Positions 1 to 6,404 of a DNA stretch of 8,935 bases are shown here, one piece after another (positions within the stretch are counted from its first letter, which is position 1; every line of letters starts with the position of its first letter). The notes beneath the pieces are model-generated. The model was not told the origin of the DNA. It saw only the letters and a list, made by a program, of their open reading frames with translations, and did no database searches. The position numbers were made by a program, and so were the translations under genes. Source of the DNA: a plasmid. Where the stretch lies: sequence record CP103123.1. One strand, 5' to 3'.

Positions 1-1656
1 ATGCAAAAAACCTATCTTTATTTAATGGTGTGTGTCATAGGGGCTATGTCTTTAGCTTCGTGTTCCGAAGATTCTATTTCTCCTGATGCTGGTGGCGATG
101 GCGATGGCGACAGCACTACCGAAGTGCCTTTGGCACAAGTTGCAAAACCCAAACCTAACCCTTGGCTTGCACAGGAAGAGTATAGTATTACGCACTTCAA
201 TTCGGCTCAGACTGATGCTTTCTCGTCTGCTGTCAAGGATGGAACTTTCAATATCGATCTTTCCAAGTGTCAGATGACATGGAGCGGTCCTGTTAATTTG
301 ATGACTCTTGCTTCGACTTCGCCCAATTATATGTGGGGTATGAGTAGCGACCGCGTGTCGTATCTTGACATAAGCGACGGCAAACTTGAAAGGGTTGCCG
401 AGGCTGGCTTGCCAGGGATTACAATGAAGACCCAGGAGCAACTGACACGTATAATTGCCGATCATGCTACTTACGACGAACTTTCCAAGACGGTTACCGA
501 TATATTGGGTCCGGTGCCACAAATGTCTATGGCCAACGGTAATTATGTCTTGTGCGACAAGGATAACTATGCTTACACCAATGCAGGTCAGGTAATGGCA
601 CGCTATCGCCTTGCCAATCCTAATAATCCCAAGGATGGTATCATGTTGGATCATCAGATAAGACTTACGAATTTTACCTTCGGCTCTTTTACACTCGTAG
701 GCGCTACTATGACCTATGACGGACACCTTGTTGTGGCTGCTCAGAACGGACTTCTTGTGCTGAATCGTGCTCTTACTACAATCGAAGATTCATACCCTCT
801 TCCATCAGACCAGATTCTCACCAACTCTATCTGCATCGACGAGAATGGCGGTGTTTACGTAGCAAGTAACAGCCGCACACCAGGCGGAAAAGGCCTTATG
901 CAGAAACTCATCTGCAAGGACGGCAAAATCTCCACCTCCCAGGCTGATGGTGCATGGCAAGCCTATTACGACGGTGGTCCGCAAGCACCATGTATCAAAC
1001 TCGGACATGGCACTGGTTCAACGCCTACACTTATGGGCTTTGGCCAAGACAAGGACAAGCTGGTAGTTATTACCGATGGCTCTAAGCGTATGAAACTGGT
1101 AGCTTTCTGGCGTGACGAAATCCCCTCAGACGCACAGCAAGTGGCAGGATACGACAAGCGTATAGCCGGAGTGCACGAGGTTACATGTGGTCTTGGAACA
1201 TCAACAGAGTGGATACAGTCTGAGCAGTCTGTTGTAGTAGGCGGCTATGACGCCTTTGTTGTAAACAATATTAATGTTACCAATCAGGAAATAAACGACA
1301 AGATTATTGGTGTAATCGCTATTGGTCCTATTGTCAAAGGCCCTCAAGGTGCCGAGTGTGTACGTTGGAATACAAAGGAGAAAAAGTGGGAGAGTAAGTG
1401 GACGCGCAGCGATGTAAGTTCTGTAAGTATGATTCCTGCCGTAAGTATCAAGTCAGAGATGGTATTTGTATGTGGCTGGAACGATGCTTCGGGCTGGGAA
1501 GTTACAGGACTTGACTGGAAGAGTGGTGCCACACGTCACCGCAGCATATTGGGCAAGAACAACCGAGCCAATGGTGCCTACGCCATCATTCAGTATCTTG
1601 CTAACGGCGACCTTTTATTCAACTCTGTTGCCGGACCAATCCGCGTAAAATATTGA
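1..1656 (+). CDS. Predicted surface-exposed lipoprotein of unknown function, 551 aa. The N-terminal signal peptide has lipobox L-A-S-C (Cys21), followed by an acidic S-E-D-S stretch and a G/D-rich linker.
   Basis: The ORF spans the interval with no internal stops. The hydrophobic N-terminus MQKTYLYLMVCVIGAMSLASC fits a type II signal peptide. The +2 to +5 residues SEDS resemble the Bacteroidetes lipoprotein export signal. A (GGCGAT)3 repeat encodes GDGDGD. No family was recognised for the mature domain. The true start could lie upstream of the window, but the intact signal peptide argues the start is at position 1. Confidence 0.7.
   Translation: MQKTYLYLMVCVIGAMSLASCSEDSISPDAGGDGDGDSTTEVPLAQVAKPKPNPWLAQEEYSITHFNSAQTDAFSSAVKDGTFNIDLSKCQMTWSGPVNLMTLASTSPNYMWGMSSDRVSYLDISDGKLERVAEAGLPGITMKTQEQLTRIIADHATYDELSKTVTDILGPVPQMSMANGNYVLCDKDNYAYTNAGQVMARYRLANPNNPKDGIMLDHQIRLTNFTFGSFTLVGATMTYDGHLVVAAQNGLLVLNRALTTIEDSYPLPSDQILTNSICIDENGGVYVASNSRTPGGKGLMQKLICKDGKISTSQADGAWQAYYDGGPQAPCIKLGHGTGSTPTLMGFGQDKDKLVVITDGSKRMKLVAFWRDEIPSDAQQVAGYDKRIAGVHEVTCGLGTSTEWIQSEQSVVVGGYDAFVVNNINVTNQEINDKIIGVIAIGPIVKGPQGAECVRWNTKEKKWESKWTRSDVSSVSMIPAVSIKSEMVFVCGWNDASGWEVTGLDWKSGATRHRSILGKNNRANGAYAIIQYLANGDLLFNSVAGPIRVKY
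94..111 (+). repeat. Tandem hexanucleotide repeat (GGCGAT/GGCGAC) x3, in frame within the lipoprotein linker
   Basis: Read directly: ggcgat ggcgat ggcgac, encoding G-D-G-D-G-D. Confidence 0.6.
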
Positions 1657-1686
1657 GATAATTTAATCATCATATAACAGTTATGT

Positions 1687-1718
1687 CAATACTTCACTAA
1701 AAAATTACCGAAGTATTG
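1687..1718 (+). terminator. Perfect 9-bp inverted repeat (caatacttc ... gaagtattg, 14-nt loop) 30 bp downstream of the lipoprotein stop. Possible terminator or protein-binding site.
   Basis: Seen in the sequence. No clear T-tract follows, so intrinsic-terminator function is uncertain. Confidence 0.25.
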
Positions 1719-2095
1719 TAATGACACACCCGAACATATTGAAATGTTCTATCAGTTCCATAAACAAGGCTTCTGTTCTTTATTCCTAGATACAGGTGAT
1801 AAATAACAGATAAGAAACAGATTATAACAAGCCTCCGGCGGGGTTTTCGCTGGGGGCTTTTGACCTTTGCACATATAAAAAGCAAAAAGAAAGCGATATC
1901 GGAGCGTATACCATAAAACAGACCACCGACTATTACAAAACGATATTACGTGCCTAACTGATCGGGGCAGTTCCTCCACCATGCGGACAAATCCCGGTAA
2001 CAAAATGACAAAACGGACACTCACCAAAGAACAACATTTTTTTCTTTTTTCCTAAACACCTTCCAGCGAAGCACAGTGTATTTGTCAAGGGCGAA

Positions 2096-2144
2096 GGGTA
2101 AAAAATACCGCACGAGCGAAGCGAGCACAGGAGATTTTTTACCC
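2096..2144. repeat. Perfect 11-bp inverted repeat gggtaaaaaat / attttttaccc with a 27-nt spacer, about 70 bp downstream (minus-strand sense) of the relaxase stop
   Basis: Seen in the sequence. The spacer contains short direct repeats of cgaagc(g)agcacag. The stem is AU-rich, so it is a weak terminator candidate at best and could instead be a binding site. Confidence 0.25.
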
Positions 2145-2210
2145 GGAGAGTGAAACGTCCCTTTACAAATGCGGCGTGCGGAGTTACCTTTGTGCCGGAA
2201 AATAGAAAAA

Positions 2211-3089
2211 TCACATGCCCATTCCGAAACCTCTGCTCCTTTTTGGCTTCTTCAGGAGTTCCAGATCTTCCTCCTGCTGCTTCTTTTTGGGAATAGGCTG
2301 CTCGATGTCCGGCGTTTTCTCCACCTGTTGATTTTTCGACTTCTCCGGCTCCTGCCGGGATTGAAGCTCTGCTTTGAGTTTGTCCCATTTCTCCTTTCTG
2401 ATGCGTTCCGCACGTTCCACCTGCCGGGCTATTTCCGCCGGACTTCCGTTCTTGACGGCATTAAGATAGTCGAAGCTTTCCTCCGGCTCCCGGTCAAACC
2501 CCATGCGCCGATCAAAAGAGCTTTCACACTTCCGGAAAAAATCCGTCCGGTCAAAACCTCCCTTCACGTTGCCGCAGTTCTTCTTCCCGGTGTGGTTCGT
2601 TTTAGGGCTTAACTTCCTGGTGTTGCTCCGGTCTTTCCGGCTGACGATGATATGTGCGTGCATATCGCTGTCACTTTCACCGTCCCGGTTGAAATGGATC
2701 TTTGCATAATATTCCACATCATCGCTTTTCAAGCCTTTTCCGAAGCCCTCCGCATAGTTTCTCATCACATCCTGCCGTATGTACCGCCGTAAGGCTTCCG
2801 CACACTCCTGCGGAGTTCTGCCCATGCAGCGCAGCTCCTTCTCTGAAGGGCTGACAGTGATAACATAGAACTTTGCGTCAGTCCGGCTTAACTTAGCCTT
2901 GTTGTTGTCTATCTTGAATGTGACCTCCCTTGCGCTCACGTAGTCCCGGAACTGGTTGAAGAACGGCTGCACCTCCTCCCCTTTCTTCATCCTCTCCAAA
3001 TCCTCATGCTGGAGATAGTTCGTCACCGCAACACAACTGCCTGTATTGGCATATGTGCCGTTACCGCTTCCCTGTATCTTCACGTTCAT
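2211..3089 (-). CDS. mobB: Mobilization relaxase of the MobB/BmgA-like MOBP type (relaxase/mobilization nuclease domain), 292 aa
   Basis: The N-terminus MNVKIQGSGNG...AVTNYLQHEDLE matches the MxxKIxxGS...xxNYxxxE catalytic-tyrosine motif I of Bacteroides MobB/RP4 TraI-type relaxases. The histidine triad motif III reads HFNRDGESDSDMHAHIIVS. The C-terminus is a K/E-rich low-complexity tail. The start codon overlaps the upstream gene's stop (ATGA). Confidence 0.8.
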   Translation of the reverse strand: MNVKIQGSGNGTYANTGSCVAVTNYLQHEDLERMKKGEEVQPFFNQFRDYVSAREVTFKIDNNKAKLSRTDAKFYVITVSPSEKELRCMGRTPQECAEALRRYIRQDVMRNYAEGFGKGLKSDDVEYYAKIHFNRDGESDSDMHAHIIVSRKDRSNTRKLSPKTNHTGKKNCGNVKGGFDRTDFFRKCESSFDRRMGFDREPEESFDYLNAVKNGSPAEIARQVERAERIRKEKWDKLKAELQSRQEPEKSKNQQVEKTPDIEQPIPKKKQQEEDLELLKKPKRSRGFGMGM

Positions 3090-3691
3090 ATCTTTTCCCT
3101 TTTGTTCTTCTCGTTCTTGTACAAGGCTTTTATATCATCGAAAAGCCCGGCTTTTCCTTTCGCATCGATATAGCTTGCGATATAGGAGAAGATCTTCTCC
3201 TGCCTTTGCGTCACAGCGTCCAGCCTTGCATAAATGGCTTGTTGGTTCTTCAGAAGCATATCCCTCGACTGACCGACTGCCTTTTCCGCCCGGTCCAAAG
3301 CCTGCTCCCTTATCCCGGCAAGGCTTGCAAGGTCACGCATGAATAGGTCATTGTCTTTTTGGTATTGGCTGAACTTTTTTTCCGTAAGTATCGAGTCCAT
3401 GCTCATGGTCACTCTCATGCTTGTACTGCCCATGGCTTCACAAGCCGGACGCAAGAAATCCTGCTCCTGCTTTCTGATGAACGCTATCACCTGATCACAG
3501 CGTTTGATAAGTTTCTGCATTTCCTTTGCCGGACTCTCATGCTCAACCGGGTTGATGCCGTACTTCTCGAAGTACTCCAGCGCACAGGAAAGGAACTCTT
3601 TCTTTGATACATTATTGGACTTTGCCAGCCTATCAAGCCGGGCAAACGTTTTTCGGTCAATGGTGACAGAAGTGGTGGTTTCCTTATCCAT
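3086..3691 (-). CDS. mobA: MobA-like relaxosome accessory protein (ribbon-helix-helix N-terminus, BfmA/MobA family of Bacteroides mobilizable elements), 201 aa
   Basis: The N-terminus TSVTIDRKTFARLDRLAKSNNVSKKEFLSCALEYF is RHH-like. The gene sits immediately upstream of, and is translationally coupled to, the relaxase gene. This two-gene arrangement matches the Bacteroides mobA-mobB / bmgB-bmgA modules. Confidence 0.7.
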   Translation of the reverse strand: MDKETTTSVTIDRKTFARLDRLAKSNNVSKKEFLSCALEYFEKYGINPVEHESPAKEMQKLIKRCDQVIAFIRKQEQDFLRPACEAMGSTSMRVTMSMDSILTEKKFSQYQKDNDLFMRDLASLAGIREQALDRAEKAVGQSRDMLLKNQQAIYARLDAVTQRQEKIFSYIASYIDAKGKAGLFDDIKALYKNEKNKREKI

Positions 3692-3738
3692 ACAATTGCG
3701 GTTTTAATTGCTGTTTATATTATTAAATCTCTGATTTC

Positions 3739-3767
3739 CAAAGGTATGATTTTAACCACAATTTCAA
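3739..3767 (-). promoter_or_regulatory. Candidate Bacteroides sigma-A promoter for the mob operon: -7 box TAccTTTG (plus-strand 3739-3746 as caaaggta) and a -33 TTTG (3764-3767)
   Basis: The minus-strand reading matches the Bacteroides -7 consensus TAnnTTTG exactly, about 48 bp upstream of the mobA ATG. The -33 TTTG lies about 17 bp further upstream. Confidence 0.4.
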
Positions 3768-3792
3768 ACTAATTGCGGTTAAAAAACTTAAA

Positions 3793-3861
3793 CGGCTGAT
3801 ATTCAGCCGTAACCCCGTAGGGCAAGAGGAAAAACAGGGTAAAGCCCGGTTTCCTCTTGCT
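3793..3861. promoter_or_regulatory. Candidate oriT, a cluster of inverted repeats upstream of mobA. One is a 7-bp-arm palindrome cggctga-tat-tcagccg (3793-3809). The other is a perfect 11-bp inverted repeat gcaagaggaaa / tttcctcttgc (3822-3832 / 3850-3860) whose loop contains a nested ggg-taaag-ccc hairpin.
   Basis: The inverted repeats are read directly from the sequence. A location just upstream of the accessory and relaxase genes is typical for the oriT of MOBP-type Bacteroides elements. The nic site itself cannot be assigned from sequence alone. Confidence 0.4.
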
Positions 3862-4027
3862 ATTCTTTCGACTGCCGAGCAATCGACGAACACCCTCCCC
3901 TGCGGTACGGCGAAAGCTCGTACAAGGGGGACGGGGAGAAGTCGGAGCGAGGCACAAAGAAAGAACCTATTCCACAAACAAAAAAACACATCAAAACGGC
4001 ACAACAGGCTGCATAAAATATCAATAT

Positions 4028-4063
4028 TTTGTTTCGCTATATGGAAACAAAATATTATCTTTG
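4028..4063 (+). promoter_or_regulatory. Candidate promoter of the toxin-antitoxin operon: -7 box TAtcTTTG (4056-4063) and a possible -33 TTTG (4028-4031, with a long 24-bp spacing)
   Basis: There is an exact TAnnTTTG match 20 bp upstream of the ATG at 4083. The motif continues as CTTTGCAACA, a 10-mer that also occurs upstream of the 6502 gene. Confidence 0.4.
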
Positions 4064-4082
4064 CAACACTAAAAAACTTTAT

Positions 4083-4430
4083 ATGGAAGCAAAATCAAGA
4101 TTCAAGGTCAAATTATCCAACGAAGCCCAAGAGTTTTTAGACGGATTGCCCAACAAGGTACGTGAGAAGATCATTAGCAATATTCGTAAATCCACCTTTG
4201 TACTTGATCCAGATTTATTCAAGAAATTGGATGATACGGATATTTGGGAATTCAGAACGTTCTATAACAAAACCAAGTACAGGCTTCTTGCTTTTTGGGA
4301 TAAGGACGATAAGATAAACACTCTGGTAATCGCAACACATGGGTTTATCAAGAAAACCCAAAAGACACCTCCCAAAGAAATAGCCAAAGCCGAAGAGATT
4401 AGAAAAGATTATTTTAATTCAAAAAGATAA
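4083..4430 (+). CDS. higB: Type II toxin of the RelE/ParE superfamily, HigB-like (phage Gp49-like family), 115 aa. The ORF track extends to TTG 4029 and ATG 4041, but 4083 fits the family length and the promoter position.
   Basis: The sequence ...EFLDGLPNKVREKI...LFKKLDDTDIWEFRT...YRLLAFW...TLVIATHGFIKKTQKTPPKEIAKAEEIRKDY matches the conserved pattern of the Gp49-like HigB toxins common in Bacteroidales (FL..L..KV..K...FKKL...DIWE.R...YR.L.F....L..GF.KK.QKTPK.EI..A...DY). It is followed 5 bp later by an XRE antitoxin gene. Confidence 0.8.
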   Translation: MEAKSRFKVKLSNEAQEFLDGLPNKVREKIISNIRKSTFVLDPDLFKKLDDTDIWEFRTFYNKTKYRLLAFWDKDDKINTLVIATHGFIKKTQKTPPKEIAKAEEIRKDYFNSKR

Positions 4431-4435
4431 AGCGT

Positions 4436-4750
4436 ATGGAAGCAAAGAAATTTTATACACTCGAAGAAATCGAGGATAAATACATCGGAGAAAAAGGTAC
4501 TCCCAAACGTGATGCCTACGAAGAAGAACTTAACTCTTTTTTGATAGGTGAAGCCATTAAACAAGCTCGCCAATCAAAGAACTTAACCCAAGAGGAATTA
4601 GGTAATCTGATAGGAGTGCAACGGGCTCAAATCTCCCGAATTGAAAACGGTAAGAATTTAACCTTTTCCACCATTGCAAGAGTTTTTAAGGCTATGGGGA
4701 TAAGTGCTAAACTTGAAATCGGAAGCATGGGTAAAGTTGCGTTATGGTAA
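4436..4750 (+). CDS. higA: XRE-family helix-turn-helix antitoxin / transcriptional regulator (HigA-like), 104 aa
   Basis: Canonical XRE HTH: NLTQEELGNLIGVQRAQISRIENGKNLTFSTIARVFKAMG. The gene sits immediately downstream of the toxin gene, matching the higBA gene order with toxin first. Confidence 0.85.
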   Translation: MEAKKFYTLEEIEDKYIGEKGTPKRDAYEEELNSFLIGEAIKQARQSKNLTQEELGNLIGVQRAQISRIENGKNLTFSTIARVFKAMGISAKLEIGSMGKVALW

Positions 4751-4780
4751 CTAACTATACAACAAAAAGTTACATTAAAT

Positions 4781-4805
4781 CCGGGATGCGTTTTCGCTCC
4801 CGGAA
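4781..4805 (+). terminator. Hairpin (7-bp stem tccggga / tcccgga, 11-nt loop) followed by a T-rich stretch, 30 bp after the higA stop. Candidate intrinsic terminator.
   Basis: Read from the sequence: tccgggatgcgttttcgctcccggaaacttcttgttttat. Confidence 0.4.
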
Positions 4806-5077
4806 ACTTCTTGTTTTATACATTAAAAGTCATATTTATACAAAATTTAACACGCCAAAAAATCTTCCTAATCCGTTGCACTTGGCTTTACTTGTTTCCA
4901 CTCTCTCCCATTCTCCGGAAATTCGTCGTATCAAAAAACACGCTGAAAAGTGGAGCGAAGCGACCTCTATAAACCAAAAAAGAAACACTCCATTGCTTTA
5001 CGGTAATTTTTAGTAGTTCTTTTTAGTTACTTTTACGGCATAGCATAACACATTGTGCTGTAATATCTTACAAAGGT

Positions 5078-5200
5078 CATCTACGACAAATTTCCGAGCA
5101 TCTACGACAAATTTCCGAGCATCTACGACAAATTTCCGAAAAAAACGGTTATCTACGACAAATATTCTACGCCATATATTTGTTTTTGTCGTAGATAAAT
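5078..5200. repeat. Iteron-type replication origin (oriV). It has three tandem 21-bp direct repeats of catctacgacaaatttccgag (5078-5098, 5099-5119, 5120-5140, the last with one mismatch), a fourth spaced partial copy atctacgacaaat (5151-5163) and an inverted partial copy tttgtcgtagataaat (5185-5200), all within an AT-rich stretch.
   Basis: The repeats are read directly from the sequence. The array sits immediately upstream of a Rep_3-family initiator gene, the standard iteron/Rep arrangement of theta plasmids. Confidence 0.8.
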
Positions 5201-5210
5201 ATTTCCTTTG
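5179..5210 (+). promoter_or_regulatory. Candidate rep promoter: -33 TTTG (5179-5182) and a near-consensus -7 box TTccTTTG (5203-5210, one mismatch). The inverted iteron half-site (5185-5200) lies between the two elements and is a probable autorepression operator.
   Basis: The motif positions are read from the sequence. The autoregulation model follows from established iteron-plasmid biology (Rep binding to an inverted iteron over its own promoter) and is an inference. Confidence 0.35.
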
Positions 5211-5227
5211 CGAAAAGCATTAAAGTC

Positions 5228-6195
5228 ATGGAGAAGAAAGACAAGAAACAGAGGGATATAGTCCTGTCGCAAGACAATGCGCTGACTACCGCACGCTACA
5301 AGTTCGACCTTATCGAAAAACGTGCCCTATACTCCATTATACGAAATATCCGGGCGCAATACATCGAGAACGAGAACGGCAGACGGGACTTATTCGATGA
5401 TCTGATTATCACCATACACGAGGAAGAACTAAAGAAATGCGGTGACAATACCAAGATGCAAAACATCTACGATGCGCTAAAACGGCTTAGAAATCGCGAT
5501 ATAGAGATTAACAACGAAAAAATGTGGCTAAGTATCGGTTTTGTCAATTACGTCAAGCATATCAAAAATAAATCGTATTTTGAGGTGCAAGTTTCCAAAG
5601 AGGTACTACCCTATTACGTGGAACTCGCCCAAAACTTCACGAGTTACTCCATGACGGTAGCAATCGCACTCAAAAGCACATTCTCGCAAAGGTTTTACGA
5701 ACTGTGCTGCCAATACCGAAACGCCGGGTTCTTTTTCTACACAGTCGAAAAGCTTCGGGAAATGTTCATGTTGGAAAAGAAATACAAACGGGGATGCGAT
5801 TTCAAAAGGCGTGTACTTGACGATCCGCAAAGGAGTTGTACAATGCCGGACAATGCGATTTATACTTCGAGTTCGAGCCAAAGAGCTACAAAGGCAAGGA
5901 AGTTACCGAATACAAATTCTACGTTTACACAAGGCAAACCGAACAACAAAAGCTATTGGAATACGAAAGCGCAAAACAGGCGATCATCTACATAACAACC
6001 ACTATTTCGAGGTTCTCTAAAAGTGACAAAGGATATGTTAAGCGTGTAGTGAATGCCGTACAGTTACACCCGGAAATAGCCGTACAGGTGGCGCAAAAGA
6101 TACAAAAGAAGTTTGAGCAATATATAGACAAGCCAGCCAAACAGATAGGGGCTATCATCCGGGTTTGCTTAATGGAAGATTTTGGTATAGAATAA
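5228..6195 (+). pseudogene. repA: Rep_3-family plasmid replication initiator (RepA) interrupted by a -1 frameshift at an A3 run (5829-5831). The N-terminal 201 codons are in one frame (ORF 5228-5995) and the C-terminal 121 codons in another (from 5830 to 6195). Adding one A restores a 322-aa protein.
   Basis: The N-terminus DIVLSQDNALTTARYKFDLIEKRALYSIIRNI matches the Rep_3 signature (SNALIEASYRLSL.EQRLIL-type). The sequence DFKRRVLDDPQ in frame A followed by KELYNAGQCDLYFEFEPKSYKGKEVTEYKFYV in frame B matches the Rep_3 C-terminal pattern FKKRVLEPAIKEINEKTDLKVSYEEIKKGRKVTAIKF. The frame-A tail after the shift is low-complexity junk. Confidence 0.8.
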
Positions 6196-6208
6196 AAAAC
6201 ATACAAGT

Positions 6209-6388
6209 ATGAAAACAGGTGATAAAGTTATCGTACCAGCCGAAATAAACGGCTATGGCAGAGATTTACGGGCAATAGTTACAGAGATAGAGAAGTTCGC
6301 CGGGGCAATATTCGTAACAGTGATATTCACCGAACCATGTCCGGAAGCCTGCGGAAGAGGGGGGGTGTTTACCATGACTTCCAGCTAA
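6209..6388 (+). CDS. Small hypothetical protein, 59 aa (MKTGDKVIVPAEINGYGRDLRAIVTEIEKFAGAIFVTVIFTEPCPEACGRGGVFTMTSS), 13 bp downstream of rep. It is absent from the ORF track because it falls below the length cutoff.
   Basis: It is an ATG-initiated open frame with plausible composition, tightly packed after rep. No family was recognised. It contains a G7 homopolymer (6359-6365). Confidence 0.3.
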   Translation: MKTGDKVIVPAEINGYGRDLRAIVTEIEKFAGAIFVTVIFTEPCPEACGRGGVFTMTSS

Positions 6389-6404
6389 TAGCAAGGTGAT
6401 TTAT

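Noticed and set aside
1377-1460. Four GTAAGT hexamers within 70 bp, resembling eukaryotic 5' splice-site consensus or a repeat
   Set aside because: They arise from consecutive Val-Ser codon pairs (GTA AGT) in the lipoprotein frame (…DVSSVSMIPAVSIKSE). This is a coincidence of codon choice, not a regulatory repeat.
2169-2612. 147-aa plus-strand ORF, and minus-strand ORFs 1954-2388, 1752-2027 and 1697-1885
   Set aside because: These are antisense to, or out of frame with, the relaxase gene, or lie in the spacer. Their translations are low-complexity (L/R/F-rich) with no recognisable motifs. They look like spurious frames.
4029-4082. Upstream TTG/ATG extension of the toxin ORF (MFRYMETKYYLCNTKKLY…)
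   Set aside because: The extension is not present in Gp49-like HigB homologues as recalled. It also lies upstream of or over the predicted -7 promoter box. The 115-aa product from ATG 4083 is preferred.
4744-5013. 89-aa ORF overlapping the higA stop
   Set aside because: Its translation is low-complexity. The ORF spans the predicted terminator hairpin and the AT-rich origin-proximal region, so it is most likely non-coding.
5151-5159. Possible DnaA box (ttatctacg vs TTATCCACA) in the fourth iteron
   Set aside because: There are two mismatches and it is part of the iteron itself. That is not enough to call a DnaA box without a PWM scan.
5078-5200. Considered whether the 21-bp repeats could be a CRISPR array
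   Set aside because: The repeats are directly abutting with no spacers, a diverged fourth copy and an inverted copy, and they sit immediately upstream of a Rep_3 gene. This is iteron architecture, not repeat-spacer CRISPR architecture.
5606-6206. Minus-strand ORFs 5606-5881 and 5988-6206, and plus-strand ORF 5811-6020
   Set aside because: They are antisense to rep or fall in its third frame. The R/K-rich junk translation of 5811-6020 only looks open because of the rep frameshift region.
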